Source: Steroidobacteraceae bacterium (GTDB lineage: Bacteria; Pseudomonadota; Gammaproteobacteria; Steroidobacterales; Steroidobacteraceae). From it: DNA of 64,000 nucleotides. The first letter of the stretch is position 1. Each line of letters starts with the position of its first letter. The position numbers were made by a program, and so were the translations under genes. Of the stretch, positions 1 through 8,688 are shown piece by piece. The notes beneath the pieces were generated by a model. That model saw nothing but the letters and a program-made list of their open reading frames with translations. It did not search any database and was not told the origin of the DNA. The stretch spans positions 2,423-66,422 of the forward strand of contig DASTSB010000290.1 of the NCBI GenBank assembly GCA_035760885.1, written 5' to 3'.

Positions 1-115
1 GTTGGCACTCGAGGGCGAGTTCGACGTCGAATTCCCCGACGCGATGCTCAAGCGCAACGTATTCAATTCGATCGCCTCGATCAGTGCGGCGCTGAGCGAA
101 CTGCAAGCTGCCTAA
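1..115 (+). CDS. Acyl/aminoacyl carrier protein, 3' part (5' end outside window)
   Basis: Not in the ORF track. The frame from base 2 reads LALEGEFDVEFPDAMLKRNVFNSIASISAALSELQAA, stop TAA at 113-115. This is the typical C-terminal half of carrier proteins partnered with amino acid:CP ligases. The phosphopantetheine Ser lies outside the window. Confidence 0.85.
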   Translation, partial: LALEGEFDVEFPDAMLKRNVFNSIASISAALSELQAA

Positions 116-137
116 GGCGGCGCGTCACACTTGTTCA

Positions 138-2681
138 TTGAGGCCAGTGATGCCCAGTCCGATTCGCGGTTCGACCTTGCAGCACCGCGAACCGCTGTCC
201 ACAGGCTGGGATTTCTGCGCCGTTTCACCGGATGCAGTCGCATCTCCCGGTGAACTCAACGAAGGCCTGAACTGGCTCACCGCCACGGTGCCATGCACAG
301 CGGCGTCGGCTTTACGGAGCCTCGGCCAATGGAGCTTCGATGCGCCATCGCGCCGCTTCGACGCGGATGATTGGTGGTTCCGTTGTGAGTTTGGCGCGCA
401 GCGTCGCAGCGGCCGCATCGTATTGGGTCTTGATGGCCTTGCAACTCTCGCAGACGTTTGGTTCAACGGCGAGAAGATCCTCTCTAGCGACAATATGTTC
501 GTCGCTCATGAGATCGACATCACAGAGCGCATCAAGAGCAAGAACGAACTACATTTGCGATTTCGCAGTTTGGATAAGGCGCTCACCGCGAAGCGTCCTC
601 GCCCGCGGTGGAAAGCACCTATGATCGAAAACCAGCAATTGCGCTGGTTTCGCACCACGGTGCTCGGACGCACGCCGGGTTGGTCGCCCTCTGCCGCAGC
701 AGTCGGTCCTTGGCGACCGGTCTGGATCGAGTATCGGAATGATGTTGCGATCTCCAGTGTTCAGCTTCGCACTTCGGTGGCCGGCGCAAGCGGAACGGCA
801 CATGTCAGCCTACAGCACTCGTCTTTCAAGAATTCGAAGCTGACCGGTGCCGAACTGATCCTCTCCAAGGACGAGCAGCGGTTCTCGCATCCGCTCACAA
901 TCACCGACTCAACCGCTCACGGCGAACTGACAGTTCCTAATGCCGAGCGATGGTGGCCACACACTCACGGCACTCCGACGCTCTACTCCGCTCAGCTTGA
1001 GCTCAAGATCGAAAGCGATGGCGATCAACTCACTGTGCAAAGGCTCGATATCGGCCAGGTTGGATTTCGCACCGTGCGCGTCGATACAACCGATGGCCAA
1101 TTTCGCGTGCTCGTGAATGAGGTTCCAATCTTCTGTCGCGGAGCCTGTTGGACACCCATCGATGTGGTGACCTTACGCGCTAGCGAAGCCGAATACAGGA
1201 GCGCCATCGAACAAGTTCGCGATGCCGGTATGAACATGATCCGTGTCGGCGGCACGATGGTTTACGAACAGGATGCGCTGCTCCACGAATGCGATCGCAA
1301 TGGCGTGCTTATTTGGCAGGACCTGATGTTCGCGAACATGGACTTCCCGCACGGAGACACCGCATTCGATGCTTCCGTGGAACGTGAACTTCGACAAGAG
1401 CTAACTCGCCTCGCTTCTCACCCTTCACTAGCTGTGCTTTGCGGCAACAGCGAAGTCGAGCAACAAGCAGCGATGTTCGGTGCAACTCGTGATCGCTGGA
1501 CGCCTGCCCTCTTTCACGACTTCATTCCCAAGTTGACGGAAGAGATCTGCCCGGATGTGCCGTACTGGCCGTCGAGTGCACATGGCGGCTCGTTTCCACA
1601 TCAACCCAATGTCGGAACCACTTCGTACTACGGAGTCGGCGCCTACCTGCGATCCCTCGAAGATGCGCGCAGATCCGAAGTGAAATTCGCATCTGAGTGT
1701 CTCGCGTTCGCGAACATCCCCGAGGATGAAACCATCGCAAAGATGCCGAAAGGCCTCGCACTTCGAGTTCACCATCCCGAGTGGAAGTCGCGCACGCCTC
1801 GCGACCTCGGTGCGGGATGGGATTTCGAAGATGTCCGCGATCACTACGTGAAAGAACTCTTCGGCGTCGACGTGATGTCGCTGCGCTATTCCGATCACGA
1901 TCGCTATCTGCAACTCGGCCGCATCGCAACCGGTCAAGTGATGGCAGCCACGTTCGCGGAGTGGCGCCGCAAACGATCTGTATGTGGTGGTGGGCTCGTA
2001 TGGTTCTTGCGCGATCTGATACCGGGTGCCGGCTGGGGCGTTGTTGACTCGTTCGGACAACCCAAGGCTGCGTACTATGCGTTGAAGCGCACACTACAGC
2101 CGGTGGCAGTATTCATTTCAGATGAGGGCTGCAATGGTTTGTCGATACACGTTGCCAACGACCTTGGCTGCGAATTCAGCGGACGCTTAGTCCTGAGCCT
2201 TTATCGCAACAATGCCGCTCCGGGCACGCACTCTGATTGTTCGATTACGGTCCCTTCTCGAAGCAGCATGGAAATGCCTGCCAATGAATTTCTCGAGAGC
2301 TTTAGCGATCTGGCCTACGCATATCGGTTTGGGCCGAAGACCTATGAGGTTATTGCCGCTAGGCTCGAAGACCAACGAGGTGCCGTCGTAAGCGATTGCA
2401 TTCATGCAAATGCCGGCACGTCGATGCAATCAACGGCGGACATCGGCTTACAGGCGACCACTCGAATCGACGACAGCGGCTGTCTCGTATTGGAAGTGAG
2501 CACCAAGCGATTTGCGTATGGGGTCCACATCGACATCCCGCACTGCTCCACACCCGACAACTACTTCCACCTTGCTCCGGGATGTTCCCGCTCGATGCGC
2601 ATCGCCGGCATCCCAGCGGGTGGACTCGTCCAGGGTCGCCTAAGCGCACTGAACAGCTCGATGGCGGTGCCGATCTCTTGA
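138..2681 (+). CDS. Glycoside hydrolase family 2, beta-mannosidase-like
   Basis: 847 aa. Motifs DGLATLADVWFNG, NMF, RGACW, MNMIRVGG, IWQDLMFA, LCGNSE (acid/base Glu) and FASE (nucleophile Glu). No signal peptide. The start could be ATG 150. Confidence 0.9.
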   Translation: MRPVMPSPIRGSTLQHREPLSTGWDFCAVSPDAVASPGELNEGLNWLTATVPCTAASALRSLGQWSFDAPSRRFDADDWWFRCEFGAQRRSGRIVLGLDGLATLADVWFNGEKILSSDNMFVAHEIDITERIKSKNELHLRFRSLDKALTAKRPRPRWKAPMIENQQLRWFRTTVLGRTPGWSPSAAAVGPWRPVWIEYRNDVAISSVQLRTSVAGASGTAHVSLQHSSFKNSKLTGAELILSKDEQRFSHPLTITDSTAHGELTVPNAERWWPHTHGTPTLYSAQLELKIESDGDQLTVQRLDIGQVGFRTVRVDTTDGQFRVLVNEVPIFCRGACWTPIDVVTLRASEAEYRSAIEQVRDAGMNMIRVGGTMVYEQDALLHECDRNGVLIWQDLMFANMDFPHGDTAFDASVERELRQELTRLASHPSLAVLCGNSEVEQQAAMFGATRDRWTPALFHDFIPKLTEEICPDVPYWPSSAHGGSFPHQPNVGTTSYYGVGAYLRSLEDARRSEVKFASECLAFANIPEDETIAKMPKGLALRVHHPEWKSRTPRDLGAGWDFEDVRDHYVKELFGVDVMSLRYSDHDRYLQLGRIATGQVMAATFAEWRRKRSVCGGGLVWFLRDLIPGAGWGVVDSFGQPKAAYYALKRTLQPVAVFISDEGCNGLSIHVANDLGCEFSGRLVLSLYRNNAAPGTHSDCSITVPSRSSMEMPANEFLESFSDLAYAYRFGPKTYEVIAARLEDQRGAVVSDCIHANAGTSMQSTADIGLQATTRIDDSGCLVLEVSTKRFAYGVHIDIPHCSTPDNYFHLAPGCSRSMRIAGIPAGGLVQGRLSALNSSMAVPIS

Positions 2682-2705
2682 TGCGACCGAACTCCAATTA
2701 GCGTC

Positions 2706-4493
2706 ATGAGCACAGCCTCCGTCATAACCGAGCCCCACTATTTCGGCCCGCCAGAGCGGCCGCTTTTTGGGTGTTTCCAGCTCCCAGCGGGACCATGGTC
2801 TGGAACCAGAATTGTGTTGTGTGCCCCGCTGGGATATGAGGGGCAGTTCTCATACTTAACGCTTCGGCACCTCGCGACATCATTAGTCGGGACGACCGCT
2901 TCTGCTGTGCTGCGATTCGACTATCACGGATGCGGCGATTCTGCCGGCACCGACGAGGAGCCTGAACGGGTCCAAAGGTGGATCGGAAGCGTTCATGCGG
3001 CAGTCGACGAAATCCAACGCCTGGCTCCGGGCAATGGACCTACCGTGCTCATAGGACTGCGTGCCGGTGCTTTGCTTGCCGCAGCCGCTGCAGCAAGTCG
3101 AGACGATATCGATGGACTCGTGCTGTGGGCACCGACCTTAAGCGGGCGCTTGTTTCTGCGCGAGCAGCGAGCCTTTTCCGCAATGGCTCACGTGACTGCC
3201 ACTGCGAACGGTAAACATCTGGAACAATGGGGCGAGAACGGGTTCGAGGCCAACGGTTATGTCTTCACGGAAGAGACCGTCGCCGCTTTTGAGGGCATAG
3301 ACCTCAAGCAGCTGCAGTTACACGCGCGCACGCGTGTACTCGTCTTAAATCGCACCGACATACCTGTGCGATCTGCAATTCCTCAGAGTTGGAAACAGTC
3401 GAATATTTCAACAGAAGAAGCCGCAGCACCTGGGTATCCGGAACTCATGCAGCCGCCTTGGCTCTCGAGACGCCCGGACGAGGCGATTTCCCGCATCGAG
3501 ACATTCGTACAGCAATTCGCTTCGACCGCGCACGCATCCACACTGCCTGTCGATCCGAACCGCACGAATCCGCTGGCGCGTGCGCTGCACGAATCCGCAG
3601 TGTGGTATGACAAGACGAAAACTCGGCTTGCGATTTTGACGGAGCCCGATAGGGGCTGCTCCACTGCCCTCATCTTGATTACGAGTACCTTCGGCTACCG
3701 TGTTGGGCCTAATCGCATGAATGTGGCATGTGCCCGACGCATGGCAAAACTTGGCATAGCCACCCTGCGCATCGACCTGGGATGCGTGAGCGAGAGCCGC
3801 GAGTCCGTCGAGAGATCACCGAATCCCCCATATCATTTGGACGCGATCAACGACGTTAAATCCGCAGTGGCCTTCATGAAGGCTCGCGGTTATGAGCACG
3901 TCGTACTCAGCGGAATTTGTGCTGGTGCGTTTCTCGCCTGGTACACGGGGATATCTGCAGCGGACGTCTCGGGGCTCCTTCTCGTCAATCCAGAAACGTT
4001 CAAACCTCTCAGATACTCGCTCGAGGATCACGTCCGCACGCTGCAAGCATCCATTCCATGGCGCGATCAATTGCGACAAGAGAAGAATGCCTGGCGCAAA
4101 CTTGCGATTCTCGGAAACCGGGGTTTGCGCGTCGGGGAGTTGGCGTTACAGCGACTTCGTTCAACATTGCCTCTGCAGATCGGCCGCCCACGGGTTGCCA
4201 TGGACATCAACTCACTTGGACGCCGCGGCAGACTGACTTCGATCATCTTTAGTACGGGCGATTCGGGGATCAAGGAACTGCAACGTGCGCTCGGTTCGCA
4301 TCTCGATAAATTGCAAACGCGCGGCTGGTTGCAGGTGCGATATCTGGATGGCCCCGATCACTCGTTCACGCCGCGATGGGCGAATCGGATGCTGATTGAA
4401 AGCATGGCTGATGAGATGGCGAACTGGCCACTTACAGCATCCTCTTCAACACAAACCGCAGATCTGCAAACTGGCGCGACGACTTACCAATAG
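2706..4493 (+). CDS. Tandem two-domain alpha/beta hydrolase resembling a fusion of exosortase A-associated hydrolase 2 and hydrolase 1
   Basis: N-domain: RFDYHGCGDS, IGLRAGALLA, LVLWAP, EANGY. C-domain: YRVGPNR, LRIDLGCVSES, LSGICAGA, DGPDHSF. Confidence 0.75.
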   Translation: MSTASVITEPHYFGPPERPLFGCFQLPAGPWSGTRIVLCAPLGYEGQFSYLTLRHLATSLVGTTASAVLRFDYHGCGDSAGTDEEPERVQRWIGSVHAAVDEIQRLAPGNGPTVLIGLRAGALLAAAAAASRDDIDGLVLWAPTLSGRLFLREQRAFSAMAHVTATANGKHLEQWGENGFEANGYVFTEETVAAFEGIDLKQLQLHARTRVLVLNRTDIPVRSAIPQSWKQSNISTEEAAAPGYPELMQPPWLSRRPDEAISRIETFVQQFASTAHASTLPVDPNRTNPLARALHESAVWYDKTKTRLAILTEPDRGCSTALILITSTFGYRVGPNRMNVACARRMAKLGIATLRIDLGCVSESRESVERSPNPPYHLDAINDVKSAVAFMKARGYEHVVLSGICAGAFLAWYTGISAADVSGLLLVNPETFKPLRYSLEDHVRTLQASIPWRDQLRQEKNAWRKLAILGNRGLRVGELALQRLRSTLPLQIGRPRVAMDINSLGRRGRLTSIIFSTGDSGIKELQRALGSHLDKLQTRGWLQVRYLDGPDHSFTPRWANRMLIESMADEMANWPLTASSSTQTADLQTGATTYQ

Positions 4494-4509
4494 TGAAGCT
4501 TCAACATTC

Positions 4510-5709
4510 ATGACAGCAAACTGCACGCAGCCTGCGATGCCGCGTCCGCTGCAACAACGTTTCTTCGATCACGTTCCGGCGCTGGATGGTCTACGGGGAA
4601 TCGCGATCCTGCTCGTCATCCTTCACAACGCCGCGCACTTCGGCGAGCACCCGCACGGTTTCTTCTGGATCGTGGCCGTCATTGCAGCGCAGGGCTGGGT
4701 CGGTGTTCAGTTGTTCTTCGTGCTTTCGGGATTCCTAATCACCAGTAAGTTGCTCGCGACCCGCCATGCCTCGAACTACTACGCGGTGTTTTTCGGGCGA
4801 CGCGTTTTGCGAATTTTTCCGCTGTATTACGGTGCGCTCATCGTTGGATTGGTCATCGCCCCTGCGCTGACTGGCAAGCCGCCAGGCGGAGATGCGTCAT
4901 CCGTTCATGAAATCTGGCTGTGGACATTCCTTTTCAATTGGGTTCATCCGTGGGGCACGCCGGCCTTTGGCTTTCCGCATTTTTGGTCGCTAGCCGTAGA
5001 AGAACAGTTTTATCTACTTTGGCCATTCGTTGTGCATCGACTCTCGGATACGAAGCTAGCTCGTGCGTGTCTAGGTTTGATCATTGGCACTCTGGTCGTC
5101 CGCACGATAATGGCCGTAATCGGCGCTCCCGATGAGATGATTTATGAGTTCACCATCTGTCGGATGGACGCATTGGCGGCGGGAGCTCTACTTGCTACGT
5201 GGCTTGATTACCAAGATCGCCCCAGGCTTCTGCTGACGACGAGTTCCTGGCACCTGCCCGCGGCTCTCGCGATAGTGACGTTGGGCGCTTTGTTCTCACG
5301 CCTCTACACCCGAGACACTCTCTTCACGCAGACGATTGGGTACACCTTTCTAGCTGCATTCTTCGCGTTGATCCTTCTACCATGCGTGATCGGCACGAAC
5401 CGGCTCAATCGAATTTGGCGCGCCCTTCTTTCTGCGCGCGCCTTACGATCCGTCGGGAAGTACAGCTTTGCGATGTATGTATTCCATTTCCCGATCCAGT
5501 GGCACCTGCAGAAATTCTTGCCGCTCCTGGAGCAGCGATTGGCGGCTTGGGCTGGAATCGTGTTTGTAGTCATCGTCGGATTACTCAGCTATGCAGGTGC
5601 GTATCTTTCGTACCATCTGTTCGAGAAGCACTTCTTGCGACTGAAATCGTCGTTTACTCCGCGCGCGCCTCAAGCCGGAACATCAGCAGAAGTGCTGCGG
5701 CATGCGTGA
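4510..5709 (+). CDS. Acyltransferase family 3 (OafA-like) membrane O-acyltransferase
   Basis: LDGLRGIAILLVILHN, GVQLFFVLSGFLI, RRVLRIFPLYY, WSLAVEEQFY, GKYSFAMYVFH, SYHLFEK. Start moved to ATG 4510, after the upstream stop. Confidence 0.92.
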   Translation: MTANCTQPAMPRPLQQRFFDHVPALDGLRGIAILLVILHNAAHFGEHPHGFFWIVAVIAAQGWVGVQLFFVLSGFLITSKLLATRHASNYYAVFFGRRVLRIFPLYYGALIVGLVIAPALTGKPPGGDASSVHEIWLWTFLFNWVHPWGTPAFGFPHFWSLAVEEQFYLLWPFVVHRLSDTKLARACLGLIIGTLVVRTIMAVIGAPDEMIYEFTICRMDALAAGALLATWLDYQDRPRLLLTTSSWHLPAALAIVTLGALFSRLYTRDTLFTQTIGYTFLAAFFALILLPCVIGTNRLNRIWRALLSARALRSVGKYSFAMYVFHFPIQWHLQKFLPLLEQRLAAWAGIVFVVIVGLLSYAGAYLSYHLFEKHFLRLKSSFTPRAPQAGTSAEVLRHA

Positions 5710-6385
5710 GCATCGGGACATGTTCGCCGGCCTGGAAACGGTCGTTGTGAACGCCCCTGCAGGATCAGCTACAAATATAGTGATGCTGCACGGCTATTCC
5801 ATGTCGTCTGCTGCGTTATCTCCGTTCGCTCATTCACTCGGCGTCAACGCCAACTTCTATTTCCCGCAAGCTCCACAACGATCGCTGGATGGCGGCTGGA
5901 CGTGGTGGCATGTCGATGCCATCAAGCGAGCGCAGGCATTGGCCATGGGACCGCGCAACTTGGCGCACGCTCAGCCGGAGCGACAATCGGCACGCCGCCA
6001 AATTTGCGCACTTATTAGTGAAATCAAACGCCGCAATCCGCACTGTACGATCGTTTGCGGCTTCTCGCAGGGAGGCATGCTGATCCTGGACGCGGTCCTT
6101 CTGGAGCAGCTTCGAATAGACGGCCTCGCGTTATTTTCGTGCTCGCTCATCGATCGAGACAGCTGGGCCGTGCACGCAGATCAGGTGCGCAACTTGCCGA
6201 CGTTTATCAGTCATGGGTATCAGGACCCAGATCTGGCATTCGACGCAGGCTGCCAACTGCGGGACTTTCTCCTGAATGCGGGCGCACAGGTCGAATGGGT
6301 CCCTTTCGAAGGCCGGCACGAGATCCCTCTGCCGGTATGGCGTCGTTTCAAGCAATTCGCAGCAGCCCAGACCCAGCCTGCGTAG
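5702..6385 (+). CDS. Phospholipase/carboxylesterase-family alpha/beta hydrolase
   Basis: MLHGY, FPQAP, GFSQGG nucleophile elbow, HGYQDP, FEGRHEI. Confidence 0.88.
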   Translation: MREHRDMFAGLETVVVNAPAGSATNIVMLHGYSMSSAALSPFAHSLGVNANFYFPQAPQRSLDGGWTWWHVDAIKRAQALAMGPRNLAHAQPERQSARRQICALISEIKRRNPHCTIVCGFSQGGMLILDAVLLEQLRIDGLALFSCSLIDRDSWAVHADQVRNLPTFISHGYQDPDLAFDAGCQLRDFLLNAGAQVEWVPFEGRHEIPLPVWRRFKQFAAAQTQPA

Positions 6386-6552
6386 CACGATCGTCCCATT
6401 TGCATATGCGATCGGTCGGCGTACTTTGCCCACCAGGTCACGGTGTTTCGATTTAAGCATGCTAGAGTGCGCGCCAAAATGCGGCCATGCGGTCGACTTC
6501 AAGCGCTCGGCACTCGTGAAGCTGTGCCCTTTTTCACAATTGTGTGACATGC

Positions 6553-7734
6553 ATGACAAGTAATCCTCCGAATCCCGGTTTCCAAGAACTCATCAATGCT
6601 GTCAAAGCAATATCAGAAGGCGTCGCGCGAGAGAACGCTGCGGACGTAGACAGCAAGGGCCGCTTCCCGACCGAATCCGTTTCCGCATTGAAGCAGGCTA
6701 AGGTCTTGTCCGCGCTCATTCCCAAGCACCTTGGCGGAGCCGGATGCACCATGCGCGAGGCCGCAGAGCTATGTTCGACGCTGGCGCAAGGATGCGGATC
6801 AAGCGGCATGGTCCTTGCGATGCATTTCAGTCAGCTTGCTTGCATTACGCGACACGCACTTGGCTCGGATTGGTTTGTCGGATATCTAAAGCAGCTGGTC
6901 GAGCATCAATACCTTCTCGCATCCATCACGTCCGAAGTCGGCACGTTCGGCGACACTCGTTCGAGCATCTGCGCCGTAGAGCGAGCTGATGGACGTTTTA
7001 CGCTCAACAAACAAGCTACGACCGGATCGTACTGCGCTCACGCGGACGCGATTCTCGTTACTTGCCGACGTGCGCCTGATGCGCCGAACAACGATCAAGT
7101 GCTCGTTCTCGTTCGTGAGGGCGACTACAAACTAACTCAAACGACGAGCTGGGACACGATGGGCATGCGCGGCACATGCAGTCCCGGATTCAATCTCGAA
7201 TCATCTGGCGACGAACAGCAGATCGTGCCAGGGAGTTTCGCAGACTCTTCCGCGCAAAGCATGGTGCCGTACTCTCACATTCTGTGGTCATCGCTATGGT
7301 GGGGAATTGCGGCCGATGCGGTGGCCCGCGCAGGTGCCTCGGTGCGTGCAGAAGCTCGCAAGAAGCCGGGGACCGTACCAGCGGGTGCGGTACGCTTGGC
7401 GGCGGTCTGGACCCAGCTGCAAACGATGCGACACAACTGGCTCGCGCTCGCGAAAGAATTCGATGAGTACGAATCTCGTACTGATGGCCGCGATGAACTC
7501 ATGAGCATCGGTTGGGCGCTCAAGATGAATAGCCTGAAAGTCAGCTCCGCTGAAACGGCCCCACAGATCGTCCATCAGGCGCTGCAGATCACTGGTGTCA
7601 TGGGCTACAAGAATGATTCGAAGTTCAGCGTCGGCCGTCACTATCGAGATGTGCTTTCCGCAGCGCTCATGATTTCCAACGATCGAATACTCTCGAAAAG
7701 TGCGTCCATGTTGTTGGTGTTCAAAGACGAGTGA
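6553..7734 (+). CDS. Acyl-CoA/acyl-ACP dehydrogenase-family flavoprotein
   Basis: AADVDSKGRFP, PKHLGGAG, WDTMGMRGTCS, ALQITGVMGY, RHYRD. Type found beside amino acid:CP ligases. Confidence 0.9.
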   Translation: MTSNPPNPGFQELINAVKAISEGVARENAADVDSKGRFPTESVSALKQAKVLSALIPKHLGGAGCTMREAAELCSTLAQGCGSSGMVLAMHFSQLACITRHALGSDWFVGYLKQLVEHQYLLASITSEVGTFGDTRSSICAVERADGRFTLNKQATTGSYCAHADAILVTCRRAPDAPNNDQVLVLVREGDYKLTQTTSWDTMGMRGTCSPGFNLESSGDEQQIVPGSFADSSAQSMVPYSHILWSSLWWGIAADAVARAGASVRAEARKKPGTVPAGAVRLAAVWTQLQTMRHNWLALAKEFDEYESRTDGRDELMSIGWALKMNSLKVSSAETAPQIVHQALQITGVMGYKNDSKFSVGRHYRDVLSAALMISNDRILSKSASMLLVFKDE

Positions 7735-7766
7735 CGTAGACACTGACCTTAAGCGAAACAACAGCC

Positions 7767-8678
7767 ATGACCATCGACTACGATCCGCAAAAGTTTTACG
7801 ACGCACTGGTCGAGCACGGCCACATTTATCCAGTCGGCGTGCAAGGCGCCTTTGGGCGTGGGCCAGTTTTCGAGCGCATCGTCGATCGCTTCAATGACCT
7901 GGTTAGCGAGATCGCACGAGATGACGGCGCCGAAACGCGGACCTACCCGCCCGTCGTCAGCCGCAAGGTCATCGAGAAGAACAACTATCTCGAGTCCTTC
8001 CCACATCTGTGTGGCACTGTGTTCAGTTTCTTCGGGAAGGAACTCGAAGCGCGTCAGATGGCCCAGAAGGCTTCACAAGGAGAATCCTGGTCAGAGCATT
8101 TGGCTGTCACCGACCTGTGTTTAACGCCGGCCATTTGCTACCCGCTGTACCCTACGCTGAAGGGCAAGCTTCCCGAAGGCGGTGGGCTGTACTCGTTGCT
8201 CGGGTGGGCGTATCGCCACGAGCCTTCGCTGGAACCCACGCGTATGCAGTCTTTCCGCATGAGAGAGTTCATTCGCGCCGGTACGGCAGACCAAGTCGTG
8301 GAATGGCGAGATATGTGGCTGCAACGCGGTCTTGATCTTCTCCGATCGCTCGGGCTGAACGCCAACTCCGATGTCGCTGCAGATCCTTTCTTCGGCCGCG
8401 GCGGCAAAATGATGGCCGCCAATCAGCGCGAACAGCGTTTGAAATTCGAGGTTCTGATCCCTGTCATTTCGGAAGAGAACCCCACCGCATGCTGCTCGTT
8501 CAATTTCCACCAAGATCACTTCGGATCGAAGTGGGATATTCGTACTGCCGATGGTGAAGTCGCCAATACCGCTTGTTTGGGCTTCGGCCTCGAACGAATC
8601 GTGATGGCCTTGTTCAAGACGCATGGCTGTGACTTAGACCAATGGCCCTCCGACGTTCGCCGTCGCCTGTCGATCTAA
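7767..8678 (+). CDS. Amino acid--[carrier protein] ligase (atypical class II SerRS homolog without tRNA-binding domain)
   Basis: 303 aa. YLESFPHL, PAICYP, motif-2-like RHEPS..RMQSFRMREF, DPFFGRGG, SFNFHQDHFG, motif-3-like ACLGFGLER. The Cys/Glu/Cys zinc-ligand pattern is present. Confidence 0.92.
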   Translation: MTIDYDPQKFYDALVEHGHIYPVGVQGAFGRGPVFERIVDRFNDLVSEIARDDGAETRTYPPVVSRKVIEKNNYLESFPHLCGTVFSFFGKELEARQMAQKASQGESWSEHLAVTDLCLTPAICYPLYPTLKGKLPEGGGLYSLLGWAYRHEPSLEPTRMQSFRMREFIRAGTADQVVEWRDMWLQRGLDLLRSLGLNANSDVAADPFFGRGGKMMAANQREQRLKFEVLIPVISEENPTACCSFNFHQDHFGSKWDIRTADGEVANTACLGFGLERIVMALFKTHGCDLDQWPSDVRRRLSI

Positions 8679-8688
8679 ACACGTTCGC

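Noticed and set aside
6507-6523. Possible sigma-54 promoter TCGGCACTCGTGAAGCT upstream of the ACAD
   Set aside because: The GG-N10-GC spacing fits, but the -12 element (AAGC versus TTGC) is poor. It could equally be part of a GGCAC..GTGCC hairpin.
7767-8678. Housekeeping seryl-tRNA synthetase
   Set aside because: Only 303 aa, with no tRNA-binding domain, and the ACP/ACAD/DUF1839 context indicates an aa:CP ligase.
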